DNA from: a virus
Length of the DNA stretch: 64,000 bases
Reading direction: 5' to 3' (one strand)
IMG/VR virus record: IMGVR_UViG_3300025030_000010
Coordinates: 11,382-75,381 of that record
A model generated the notes under the pieces. The model saw nothing but the letters and a program-made list of their open reading frames with translations, did no database searches and was not told the DNA's origin. Both the position numbers and the translations under genes were made by a program. Shown piece by piece: positions 21,382 through 30,540 of the stretch (within the stretch, counting starts at the first letter, position 1; the number at the start of each line of letters is the position of its first letter).

Positions 21382-21645
21382 TCATACTATCACCTTCGAC
21401 AAGACATCCGGAGATGCCGACACGAGAGTGCCTTCGATCTTCTTGAAGATGATACCGTCGAGAATATTTTCAAACAGTCCGTTGGGGGTTTTCGCAACGA
21501 TGATCGAGTTTTTGTCTTTGTCCGTTAGACGAATCATGCCGTGCCATTCTTCCTCGAGGAAGAACTTACCCATCGGCTTATCGTCAATACTGACCTCGTA
21601 TGCTTGCACAAGCTCTAGTTTCACTTCTTTCGTCATTTCATTCAC
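21382..21645 (-). CDS. Hypothetical protein
   Basis: Coupled ORF with GAGG RBS. Confidence 0.5.
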   Translation of the reverse strand: MNEMTKEVKLELVQAYEVSIDDKPMGKFFLEEEWHGMIRLTDKDKNSIIVAKTPNGLFENILDGIIFKKIEGTLVSASPDVLSKVIV

Positions 21646-21649
21646 CTCG

Positions 21650-21847
21650 CTATATTGTTTTAGCTAACTCCAAAGCTTCATTGGGCAAGAACCCCTCTGC
21701 GACAAGAGCGAGATACTTGGCTCTTTGTAACTTCGCAGTGAGACTATACAATTCGATCTGATCTGACATCGACTCTTTCAGCAAGCGGATTAACTCTTTC
21801 GTCTTGTCAGGTTTACCGCCGCCTTTGATAACACCGACTACCATCAT
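21650..21847 (-). CDS. Hypothetical phage protein
   Basis: KYLALVAEGFLPNEALEL helix motif common in phage ORFs. Confidence 0.5.
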   Translation of the reverse strand: MMVVGVIKGGGKPDKTKELIRLLKESMSDQIELYSLTAKLQRAKYLALVAEGFLPNEALELAKTI

Positions 21848-22908
21848 TTACCTCCGCAGAGTGGGCAGACTTTGGGAAAGCTTCGTTTGAACTCCGATTC
21901 GAGTTGCTTCAGTACCACATCGTCACTGGCTAATCGAACGGTCTGAACCTCGATGTTTCTGATCAACTGCGACAGTGCTTGAATGTCTCGACTGATTTCG
22001 TCCTGCTCTTCTATCAGCGCGATTCCTTTATTTACTGTTTCTTCTATATTAAAAAGATTGTCAAAGCTAGAGATTTTTTCCACCTGACTCTCTATCTTAT
22101 GAATCAGCGCAGCGAGCTTCCTTTGCTCTTCCTTGACTTCGTTTTGCTTCTCTGTCAAAAGTATCGCGTCATTGACTTGCTGCTCAGAGGAAAGCAAATT
22201 TCGAAGCTCCTCGATGTCTCTTTCGTCTTCTTCTATGTCAGTAATCAGAGTCTCTAGTTCTGCGATCTGTTTTTCGACAGAACATTTCTTTTCGAGCAGT
22301 GATTGCCACGTACTGACATCTTTCTCCATCTGCTCAAGATAATCAAACGACTTCTCTTGAGCTTCAAGTTCCTCTATCTGCTCTTTCGTGGTCTTGATGT
22401 CACTAGAAATGGCGAGACTCTTCTTGCGTATATTCGATATTGACGTGTCAATGCTAGTAAGATTTGCAACTTTGTTGAGAACTTTAGCCACGTCACCCGC
22501 GGACGAAGATAATAGAAAAGGGGCGTCGAGCTGCGTTTGGAGATTGATATCATCCATATTGACAGTTTCACTAACTTCAACCGGAATAGTAGTTTTGAAC
22601 GCTTTGAACTCAGAAGTCTTTCTTTTCGGCGCAGCGATTTCATAAGCATTGCCCTCTTTTGATTTCAAACGTGAGACGGTGACAGCATCATCGAATGTCA
22701 TATCAACGATGCTGTCACCACCCCAGCTAGAATAAAATGTTTTGCCTGCTGCACGATTGTTTATTAGCCAGTCGAGCGAGCGATAGAGAGAAGACTTGCC
22801 GCTGTCTGTAATCCCCACTATCGCATTCACACCCTTGTGGAACACGAGAGTCGTGTCTTTGTGTGACTGAATGTTTTGAACTCGAATCGATTTGATGTGA
22901 CCGTTCAT
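21844..22908 (-). CDS. SbcC/Rad50-like ATPase, N-terminal half ending at the zinc hook
   Basis: NIQSH, Walker A GITDSGKS, Q-loop QTQLD, coiled coil, terminal CPLCG. Confidence 0.88.
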   Translation of the reverse strand: MNGHIKSIRVQNIQSHKDTTLVFHKGVNAIVGITDSGKSSLYRSLDWLINNRAAGKTFYSSWGGDSIVDMTFDDAVTVSRLKSKEGNAYEIAAPKRKTSEFKAFKTTIPVEVSETVNMDDINLQTQLDAPFLLSSSAGDVAKVLNKVANLTSIDTSISNIRKKSLAISSDIKTTKEQIEELEAQEKSFDYLEQMEKDVSTWQSLLEKKCSVEKQIAELETLITDIEEDERDIEELRNLLSSEQQVNDAILLTEKQNEVKEEQRKLAALIHKIESQVEKISSFDNLFNIEETVNKGIALIEEQDEISRDIQALSQLIRNIEVQTVRLASDDVVLKQLESEFKRSFPKVCPLCGGK

Positions 22909-22921
22909 CGTCTGCTCCGAT

Positions 22922-24037
22922 CTAGGCTTTGATGTTGATTATCGGACGAATGTGGTTGACAATCTCGACCAGATCACGCTGCTGCTCCATGACCTCAAAG
23001 ATGCTTTTGTAAGCGCCTTTCGCTTCATCGATAGTCGAGTCCTGAATCTTCGCAACGATGCCCTGATTCGTCATGCGCTCGCGCTCTTCTTCAACGTTCA
23101 TCTTGCGTCTCGCTGCACCGCGACTCATGATACGACCTGCGCCGTGAGAAGAAGAGCAGAGAGAATCGGGGTTACCTTTACCTCGAACGATAAAGGAGCC
23201 GTCTTCCCAGTTGCCCGGAATGACGCCATACATGCCTTTCTCAGCGTGAGTTGCGCCTTTGCGATGAACCCACAGACCGTCTTTGTTCTGCTCGACGTGG
23301 TTGTGGTTGCGATTGATGAACGTGGAGTAGTCGTAATTGCCTTTGCCGCACCAGACGTAAAGAATGGCGCCGACTCGATTCATCATCTGACGGCGATTCT
23401 CAAGAGCGAAAGCGAGACACATCTCCATGTCCATGAGATAGTCCTTTCCCATTGGAGAAAAGGTATGAAAGCCAAAATGACCTTCAAGTGGCTTGTCACT
23501 GAAAGCAGCAAGCTTCATGTAGTGTTCAGCTACGCCGTGTCCGACGCCACGAGAACCTGAGTGAATCACAACCCAGATTTTATCGTCTTCGTCATAGCCG
23601 ATTTCGATGAAGTGATTGCCGCTGCCGAGTGAGCAGAGCTGCTTGAGTCCCTGCTTCTCTTCCCAGATTCTCATGAAGTCTTGAGTTCTAGGCAGGCACT
23701 TCAACGCAGGGAATATTCCGTCCGTCTCGTTGCGATTGCGTCCAGTAGGAATAAGCTCGTAGATGCGCTTGAAGATTTCATTACGATGCAAGACGATCTG
23801 CTCTCTGCTGAACGTTGTCTTGATTGCGCACATGCCGCAGCCGATATCATAACCAACCCAAGCAGGCACAACAACGTCTTTTGTGGCGATTACACCACCG
23901 ATCGGGAGAGAGTAGCCCGTGTGAGCATCGGGCATGAGAGCGCCTTTGACAGCAAACGGCTGCCGCATTGCGCTGATGAACTGTTTAGCTGCGCTGCGCT
24001 CAAGAATCTCCGCATAGTTCTTTCTCTGCTTCTTCAT
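22922..24037 (-). CDS. rtcB: RtcB-family RNA ligase
   Basis: MPDAH, VGYDIGCG, SGNHF, HSGSRG, HRKGA and SSSHGAGR motifs. Confidence 0.93.
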   Translation of the reverse strand: MKKQRKNYAEILERSAAKQFISAMRQPFAVKGALMPDAHTGYSLPIGGVIATKDVVVPAWVGYDIGCGMCAIKTTFSREQIVLHRNEIFKRIYELIPTGRNRNETDGIFPALKCLPRTQDFMRIWEEKQGLKQLCSLGSGNHFIEIGYDEDDKIWVVIHSGSRGVGHGVAEHYMKLAAFSDKPLEGHFGFHTFSPMGKDYLMDMEMCLAFALENRRQMMNRVGAILYVWCGKGNYDYSTFINRNHNHVEQNKDGLWVHRKGATHAEKGMYGVIPGNWEDGSFIVRGKGNPDSLCSSSHGAGRIMSRGAARRKMNVEEERERMTNQGIVAKIQDSTIDEAKGAYKSIFEVMEQQRDLVEIVNHIRPIINIKA

Positions 24038-24705
24038 CGCTTTGCCTCCCTGGCAGCCTTCTTTGCTGCCTTGTCGAGTTTGATTTGCTTCTTGCGTGCC
24101 GCTTTCTCTTTCTTTGTCATTGAGATTTCATCGAGTGCCGCTTTTTGTTCAGAGTCGAGCGGGTGCGTGTTGTCCCCACCTATGCACTGCGCGATCTTCG
24201 CAAGACCGAAAGCGTCACCCTCGTCATTCGTCTTCGAGATGTATCCCCACTGTCTGAAGACGTGCATCATGATCAGGTCTTTTGCGCCGCTGCCTTTGCC
24301 GAGAACGAACTTCTTGAGTGACGTGGGCTGAACGACAGTGAAGGGAATTGAGTGCTCAAACAGCAGCATCCTAATCACCCCTCCAAGTTCTGCTGTCGCT
24401 TCACGATTGAACGGAGAGCCGAAAGAATAACCCTCGACACAAACAGAAGTGGGGTTAACTCTCGTCAAGATGCGATTCAACATACAGTAGATTTCGGAGA
24501 GTCTCGCTTCACCTTGGCTCTTAACCTGTATCGATGTTGAGTAAATGCGTTTGCCGTTGCCGTCGATGAACGCAACGCCAGAAGAGGTTAACGAAAGATC
24601 GAAGCCTCCGTATACAGCTAGAGGCTTCGATGCGCTACGTTTGACAGGTGTTCGTCTACTCATACTTTGCTTTCCTTTTCGGACGAATCGATTCTTCGAT
24701 GTCAT
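24034..24705 (-). CDS. RuvC-like Holliday junction resolvase
   Basis: GFDLSLTSSG, VEGY, ELGG, PTSLKKF and DEGDA acidic motifs. Confidence 0.85.
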   Translation of the reverse strand: MTSKNRFVRKGKQSMSRRTPVKRSASKPLAVYGGFDLSLTSSGVAFIDGNGKRIYSTSIQVKSQGEARLSEIYCMLNRILTRVNPTSVCVEGYSFGSPFNREATAELGGVIRMLLFEHSIPFTVVQPTSLKKFVLGKGSGAKDLIMMHVFRQWGYISKTNDEGDAFGLAKIAQCIGGDNTHPLDSEQKAALDEISMTKKEKAARKKQIKLDKAAKKAAREAKR

Positions 24706-25867
24706 TCCAGCAGGCGGTCACTGCTTGCTTCAGCTCTTCTTTCAGATCATCATCTTCGATAGTCTGAATGAGCTTTGTGCGACTCATTGCGGGATAATCT
24801 CCGAGGTCGCCTTTCGTGTCGATCGGTTTCGTCTTGCTGACTTTTTCATCGTCTTCAGCTTTCGGAGCACGAGCGACTTTTGTTTTCGGACCTTTCGGAG
24901 CTTCTTTCGCAGAGTAGGACCACCACTTCTCAGAAACGAGAAAGTCAACGCATGAGCCGATATCGTCAATGCCGTAATCGTCAAAGACGTAAAGCTTTAT
25001 CGAGCGTTTCTTTCCGGTGATCTTGTTCTTTCTCACCTTGACTTCAGTTTCTGCGCCGACTTGACGATCTTTCTCTTTGATTGCGCCTGTGTAAATGATC
25101 CAGACTTCATGCGTGGCGTAGAACTTGAGAGCTTTCCCGCCGGAGCGTGTTTTCTTCTCGTAGCTGAAAGCGTTGAGATTGTCGCGTGTCTGAGAGATGA
25201 TCAAAAGAGCGCCACGACTGTCAGAGAGCTTCCCGCACTCTTCGCGCAACAACTGACTAGCGAGTTTCGGTTTAGCTGTGCCGTAGCTACCCTTGCTCTT
25301 TGCCTTGCTCTTCCCCTGACGGATCAAGCGCTCGCTTTCGAGATGCTTCGTATCATCTTCGCAGCCGAGAGAGTCGAACGAGTCCATGATATAAATGAAC
25401 GGTTCGTCCTCGTTGATTGCAGCACGAAGATTGTCACTGAATCCCTCGATGTTCTCGCTCGGTGGGTCCACGAACTGAAGACGTGCTTTGGTTCTTGGTC
25501 CGAACATCTTCTTCGTGTTGAACTCGTAGGCGTGCTCACCATCATCGAATTTCGCGTTCACGTCACTCTTGCTATCATCGTTGCACGTTTCGGCAACAGA
25601 AGTCATGCAGAGAACAGTTTTACCCGCACCCGAATCGCCAATGACGTTTGCCATTCTGCCGAGCTTCCATCCACAGTCGGGGTGATTTGTCAGTGCGAGA
25701 TTCAGCAGCACGCTACCTGAAGAGACGAAATCGTTAGGGTCGAAAGGGACATCTTCGATATCCTCGCAGCTCACTTTCTTCGCAGCTTTCTTTCTCGCTC
25801 GTGTCTGTATCTGATCTTTGAGTGGCTTCTTCGCTGCGACTGCGCCCGTTGCTTTAACTCTTGCCAC
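24656..25867 (-). CDS. RecA/UvsX-like recombinase
   Basis: SSGS, Walker A GDSGAGKT, IMDS, SQTR, SGGKALKFYA, KNK. Confidence 0.9.
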   Translation of the reverse strand: MARVKATGAVAAKKPLKDQIQTRARKKAAKKVSCEDIEDVPFDPNDFVSSGSVLLNLALTNHPDCGWKLGRMANVIGDSGAGKTVLCMTSVAETCNDDSKSDVNAKFDDGEHAYEFNTKKMFGPRTKARLQFVDPPSENIEGFSDNLRAAINEDEPFIYIMDSFDSLGCEDDTKHLESERLIRQGKSKAKSKGSYGTAKPKLASQLLREECGKLSDSRGALLIISQTRDNLNAFSYEKKTRSGGKALKFYATHEVWIIYTGAIKEKDRQVGAETEVKVRKNKITGKKRSIKLYVFDDYGIDDIGSCVDFLVSEKWWSYSAKEAPKGPKTKVARAPKAEDDEKVSKTKPIDTKGDLGDYPAMSRTKLIQTIEDDDLKEELKQAVTACWNDIEESIRPKRKAKYE

Positions 25868-25869
25868 GT

Positions 25870-26094
25870 CTATGCCTCCTTGTTGCGTTCTTTATCACCG
25901 CTGATATGCTTGCGAAACTTATCCTCGAAGACTCTGTAATGACCTCCGGGGCCTGAGGGTTGAAAGCCAAGAGACTTCTTGGTTACCCATTTGTGAATCG
26001 TCTGTATCGAGACATTGTAACCGAGAAGTTCAAGAGCGAGAGAGCGTGCCTCTTGCATCGATATCGTCTTCTGCGGACTGACTTTTTCCTCCAT
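25870..26094 (-). CDS. Small helix-turn-helix (excisionase/MerR-like) protein
   Basis: VSIQTIHKWV...GGHYRV. Confidence 0.65.
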   Translation of the reverse strand: MEEKVSPQKTISMQEARSLALELLGYNVSIQTIHKWVTKKSLGFQPSGPGGHYRVFEDKFRKHISGDKERNKEA

Positions 26095-26112
26095 CGCGTT
26101 CTCCTGCTTGAG

Positions 26113-26144
26113 AAAAAGGCGAGTAAAAATGAATTTACTCGCCT
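26113..26144 (-). terminator. Intrinsic terminator after SSB gene
   Basis: AGGCGAGTAAA / TTTACTCGCCT inverted repeat with U-tract on the minus strand. Confidence 0.65.
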
Positions 26145-26175
26145 CTCTTGTTTAGTGAATCAGTTCACGAATGAT

Positions 26176-27393
26176 CTAGCGTCTGCCGCCGCGCTTTGCA
26201 GGCTTCTTCTCTTCTTTCGCTTCGTCGGAGAGTTCTTTGCAGGCGTCCCAGTTCGGGCAGTCAATGCACTCGTCAAACTCGCCTTCGTCAACGCCGAACT
26301 CGCCGCCTGCCGGGCACTCGTCTTCAGCAAGCTCGGGCTCTTCTTTCTTGCCTTTGGCGCCGCGCTTCGGCTTCTCTTCTTCCTTCTCTTTACCGCGAGA
26401 AGCACGACCGCCACGAGACGGTTTCTCTTCGGGCTCTTCTTCTTTCTCTTTGTTGCGTCCCCTGCCGCGAGAAGGTGCTTCTTCCTTCTCTTCTTTCTTG
26501 CCGCGAGAGCTACGTGACGACTTCTCTTCTTTTTCTTCTTCCTCGTCTTTCTTGCCGCGCCCTCTGCCGCCTCTTGCGGGCTTCTCGTCTTCTTCTTTCT
26601 CTTTGCCGCGACCGCCGCGACCACGAGCGGGCTTCTCTTCTACCTCTTCAGTCTCGGTGTCGAGGAAGATTGCTTCAAGCTTCTCGTAATCGAGAACGTT
26701 CAGAATCTCGTCCAGGCAGAGAACATCGTCAAGAATATCCTCGCCGTAATCGTCACGCTCTTCGAAGTCGATGCGAGTCGCTTCAAAGAATTCGTTCTTG
26801 CCCATCTTCTTCGAGCCGAAACGAATCTTGAGAGTGGAGCCGCCTTCGAGGTCAGCGAAGCCAGCTTTGTAGCCGTCCTCGTCGTCCTCACGAATCTCTT
26901 CTTCGAGCTTCTTGCCGAAGAGATGATAGCTGAACTCCCAGAGCTGAATGCCGGCCTTCTCGTTGTCAAGATCGATCACCTGGAACAGCTCGCGCTCTTT
27001 CGAGTTCAGCGACTTGATCAGGTCTTCATCGGCGTCGGCAGACTTAACGAGCTGTGCGCGATATTCGCAGATGGGGCACTTCTTGCCGACGGACTTCAGG
27101 CAGAGATAGGACTTCTCTTCGGGGCCGATGTTGTTGTGAGTCCAGATCGTGCGCTGATACCACAGATCACCGACATCGACTCCGGCGGGGTGCTTCTTGT
27201 CTGTCACTTCGTAGGGGATGAAGTCGAGCTTGTAAGTCTTCGCTTTGTCAACCTTGAAGAACTTGATTTCAGCTCCCTCGGGGAACGTGAACTTGACTCC
27301 GCCGCGACCAGAAGATTCACGAGTCGAAGCGCGATCACGCATCTTATCTGCCATGCTTTGCCCGCTGCCTTTTTTACCTTTTGCTTTTGCCAT
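26176..27393 (-). CDS. gp32-like single-stranded DNA-binding protein with long charged C-terminal region
   Basis: H...C...CPICE zinc motif and IQLWEFSY as in gp32-type SSBs; position between RecA and UvsY. Confidence 0.75.
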   Translation of the reverse strand: MAKAKGKKGSGQSMADKMRDRASTRESSGRGGVKFTFPEGAEIKFFKVDKAKTYKLDFIPYEVTDKKHPAGVDVGDLWYQRTIWTHNNIGPEEKSYLCLKSVGKKCPICEYRAQLVKSADADEDLIKSLNSKERELFQVIDLDNEKAGIQLWEFSYHLFGKKLEEEIREDDEDGYKAGFADLEGGSTLKIRFGSKKMGKNEFFEATRIDFEERDDYGEDILDDVLCLDEILNVLDYEKLEAIFLDTETEEVEEKPARGRGGRGKEKEEDEKPARGGRGRGKKDEEEEKEEKSSRSSRGKKEEKEEAPSRGRGRNKEKEEEPEEKPSRGGRASRGKEKEEEKPKRGAKGKKEEPELAEDECPAGGEFGVDEGEFDECIDCPNWDACKELSDEAKEEKKPAKRGGRR

Positions 27394-27512
27394 GCTAAAT
27401 TGCCTCCGTTAGAGAATTTTGCCCAAAAAAAGAGGCGAGAGAGCAGTGTTCTGACATGATTCATAATGTCCACGATCTTTCTCTTTTCGCCTCAATCGTT
27501 ACAGCGTGTTAG

Positions 27513-27896
27513 TTACTTGCGACCGCGACGACCTGCGGCAGCTTTTGCGGCAGCTTTTGCGGGTGCTGCTTTCGCCGGAGCTGCCTTTGCAGGAGCCGCT
27601 TTCGCTGCTTTGCCGGCTTTCGCTGCTTTCGGACGAACGACTTCTTTGTCCGTGGGCTTGAAAGTCAGAACTTCTTTCGCTGCAATGATCAGCTCTTTGC
27701 CAGTCTGCGGGTTGCGGCCTTTGCGCTCGTCGCGCTGCTTGACTTTGAACGTCCCCAGGGGGCCGGCGGAGACGGTGCCTTCGAGGCTCAGTTCCTTGAT
27801 CGATACGAGCGTTGCGTTCACGGCGTCTTTTGCTGCTGCTACGGTCAGACCAGTTGCTGCTGCGACTTTCCCTGCGATATCACCAATACCCGGCAT
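27513..27896 (-). CDS. HU/IHF-like DNA-binding protein with PAKA-repeat tail
   Basis: GTFKV...RKGRNPQTGKELII...TFKP; C-terminal (AAPAK)n. Confidence 0.9.
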   Translation of the reverse strand: MPGIGDIAGKVAAATGLTVAAAKDAVNATLVSIKELSLEGTVSAGPLGTFKVKQRDERKGRNPQTGKELIIAAKEVLTFKPTDKEVVRPKAAKAGKAAKAAPAKAAPAKAAPAKAAAKAAAGRRGRK

Positions 27897-27939
27897 TTTA
27901 CTTCTCCTTTTCCTGTGTTGTGGGTTGTTACAGCTTGGG

Positions 27940-28581
27940 TTAACGTCTCATTCTTTTCTTTATCTTCTCCTGCGCCGACTTCTTCTTCAGCTCGTTAAAG
28001 CGTTCAACTGAATCTGCGATGTCACGAGGCGCGTTTGGCTCGCTGTAGTATTCTGAGAGAGCCATTCGAACCATGTTCTCAAGAGCAACTTTGCGCATCT
28101 GAAATGCGAAGACTGCTCCGTTGATCAGGTCTGCGTTCAAGGAAGCATCGATAAAAGCTCTCTTCGCTTCTTTGTAGTCTTCGTCTGTGCGATAGAACGC
28201 TTCGAGCGTGGCAGCGTTCTTTCCTGCTTCTGTGCCCTTAGCTTCGTTGACAAGCTCGCTTCGCAGCGTCTTGACTCTCTCTTCCGCTTGTGCCTTTGCT
28301 TTGTTCGCATGAGCGAGAGCCTTAGCGTACTTCATATAGCGGCGAGACTGATCTAGCCATTCTGCATCGAGGAAGTGAGGATTGATTTCAAGATCGGCCT
28401 CGTAATCGAATTCCTCATCTTCGCCTTTGTTGTTAGCCGAGAGAACAGAGTAAACCTCATTCCTCTCTTCTCGTCTCGACCGCTCGCTGCGTTGTCCTCG
28501 ACTTTCTCTGCTAGTAGGCGACTTTCTCGGAGACTCTTCTTCCTCCGATCTTCTGCCTTTTCTGCTTGTCTCTCTAGGCAT
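27940..28581 (-). CDS. UvsY-like recombination mediator
   Basis: Helical; LEINPHFLDAEW...Y...DEDY...AFQMRK pattern; next to SSB and RecA. Confidence 0.6.
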   Translation of the reverse strand: MPRETSRKGRRSEEEESPRKSPTSRESRGQRSERSRREERNEVYSVLSANNKGEDEEFDYEADLEINPHFLDAEWLDQSRRYMKYAKALAHANKAKAQAEERVKTLRSELVNEAKGTEAGKNAATLEAFYRTDEDYKEAKRAFIDASLNADLINGAVFAFQMRKVALENMVRMALSEYYSEPNAPRDIADSVERFNELKKKSAQEKIKKRMRR

Positions 28582-28611
28582 CTCTTTGTCTCCGTCGTTC
28601 TAATGAAGAGA

Positions 28612-28640
28612 ACAATAAATCAGCATCGATTTAAAGTCAA
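28612..28640 (-). promoter_or_regulatory. Sigma70-type promoter
   Basis: TTGACT-17 nt-TATTGT on the minus strand in intergenic DNA. Confidence 0.65.
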
Positions 28641-28684
28641 TCATTTAATTTAACTTGCATAAACCTCGTTAAACTGCTCATTAA

Positions 28685-29614
28685 TTAGCCGCAGATTGCC
28701 TCGTAACACGCCAACACGACTCCGTTTCTCTTGTTGTTATAAAAGGGTTCCTTGAACGCATTCATGATGATTGCGGCTTTTGGATTGTCTGAACCCTTAA
28801 CGAGAATAGAAGCGCAGTAACCGAACACGCCCGTTCGTATCGTCTCAGGTTCCCCTTTAACTTTCGTTAGCGCCGTCGCTACTTCTTTCCACTTCACCTT
28901 GTCCTTCATGAGCACGCGACAGAGTTCAATCACTTCTATCTCTGCCAAGTTCATCTGCTCTGCTGCCGCTGCCATTTCGCTTGTCGGCAGATCAATGATG
29001 CGCTCAAGTATCTGAAGCGTGTTTCGAGGACTACCTCCGCCGTCGTTGACGATCTTCTCCAACACGTCTTTGGGGACTTTTACACCTTCTTCTTTGCAGA
29101 CGTATTGAAGATAGTCCATCATCTCGTGCTCTTCGAGAGGCTTCACTTCAAATGTCGTGCAACGTTGACGCAGCGCAGGAAGCAGCTTCTGCGGGTCTGT
29201 AGTGGAGAAGATGAAATAGACGTGTTTCGGGATAGACTTGGGTTCAAGCATCTTGAGAAGAGCGTTCTGAGCGTCTCCTGTGAGCTTGTGGGCCTCGTCT
29301 AACATCCAGATTCGACAAGGTCCGCCGCACATCGACTTGTAGCGAAGCTGATCGCGTATGTCACGAATGTTGTCGATGCCTTTGATATCCGCAACGTTCA
29401 TCTCGTAGAAGTCGAACTTCATATTGCAGCCGAGTTCTCTGCCGACGATGTTGCCGAGAGTCGTCTTACCACAGCCGGGGTCGCCTGTGAACAAGAGAAC
29501 ATGAGGCATCTTTTCTCTGCTTCGCTTCAGTAGTGTGGAGAGTGAGTTCTTTAGCGCTGCGTTTCCCTCAAATTCCGAGAGAGTGCGTGGTTCCCAATCT
29601 TCAGGTAGTGACAT
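28685..29614 (-). CDS. Clamp loader (DnaX gamma/tau-like AAA+)
   Basis: PRTLSEF, GDPGCGKTT, LDEAHKL, QNALLK, STTDPQKL, QRC. Confidence 0.88.
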   Translation of the reverse strand: MSLPEDWEPRTLSEFEGNAALKNSLSTLLKRSREKMPHVLLFTGDPGCGKTTLGNIVGRELGCNMKFDFYEMNVADIKGIDNIRDIRDQLRYKSMCGGPCRIWMLDEAHKLTGDAQNALLKMLEPKSIPKHVYFIFSTTDPQKLLPALRQRCTTFEVKPLEEHEMMDYLQYVCKEEGVKVPKDVLEKIVNDGGGSPRNTLQILERIIDLPTSEMAAAAEQMNLAEIEVIELCRVLMKDKVKWKEVATALTKVKGEPETIRTGVFGYCASILVKGSDNPKAAIIMNAFKEPFYNNKRNGVVLACYEAICG

Positions 29615-29777
29615 TCTTCAATCCCCTCTTTTGTGAAGATTTTGATCTGCGTCTTTGTGTCTTATTCGAGTCCCGCAATTACAACATCTGAAAAAGCGAA
29701 GTGCCTTTGCGTCACGAATGAATTGAAACATGGTACTTCGACAATGTGGACATTTAAGCTCTTCTTCCATGTCAACC

Positions 29778-30032
29778 TCAGTATTTGTCGTGAAAGCACT
29801 TGTCAAGATGCGCCTGTTGTTTCTCGCTGAGAGAGCGCCCCATTGCGAGTTGAGCGTGAACGCTGCGAATAAAACCCACGTCAAAGTCGTTATCGATCTT
29901 GTCGTTCTCGACCATCTCAAGCAGTCTCTTTGCCATCTCACGGTTAGACTTCATGACACTGTTCTCGGTAGCAGCTCGCTCTTTCAAGCGCTCTCGCATC
30001 GACTTAATCCCCTTCTTGCTGAAGTCAACCAT
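29778..30032 (-). CDS. Hypothetical phage protein
   Basis: GFIRSV...LSEKQ motif; coupled ORF. Confidence 0.5.
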   Translation of the reverse strand: MVDFSKKGIKSMRERLKERAATENSVMKSNREMAKRLLEMVENDKIDNDFDVGFIRSVHAQLAMGRSLSEKQQAHLDKCFHDKY

Positions 30033-30315
30033 TGTCTTTGTCCTCGTGACCGTGTTTGGTGCCGTGAAGGTGAGAGGAGATGTAATGAAACTTTGACATC
30101 TCGATTGCAGCGTCCATCATGACACGCATCATGGGCCCGACGTAGCCGTTCCAGTGAGCTTCGGCTCGCTCTCTCGGAGTCAGTTCTTTAGACTTCGCGT
30201 CCTGTTGCACCTGATCGGCCGAGATTCGAGACTTCGACATAACCTGATCTTCGATACATCTCGGACAAACGCCTTCTTCGGGATACTTCTCTCTGTGTTT
30301 TTCGCATTCGGGCAT
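30025..30315 (-). CDS. Hypothetical protein with CxxH/CxxC
   Basis: GGAG RBS; coupled. Confidence 0.5.
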   Translation of the reverse strand: MPECEKHREKYPEEGVCPRCIEDQVMSKSRISADQVQQDAKSKELTPRERAEAHWNGYVGPMMRVMMDAAIEMSKFHYISSHLHGTKHGHEDKDNG

Positions 30316-30540
30316 AACTTATTCCTCTCCTTTTGATTTTTTACAAATGACGCACTCTTGCGCACCTGATCTGCTTGTTTTGATTGTGATGCGACATATC
30401 GACACAAATGCTCACGTTCGAAAGACAGCGTTGAAGAGCTTTATGGCCGCTCTTCTTGAAGATCATCCCTTTGCGCAAACTCTCGAATGGAATTTGAATC
30501 AACTTGCCGTTGCAATACTGATAGAATTTTGCGAATTTCA

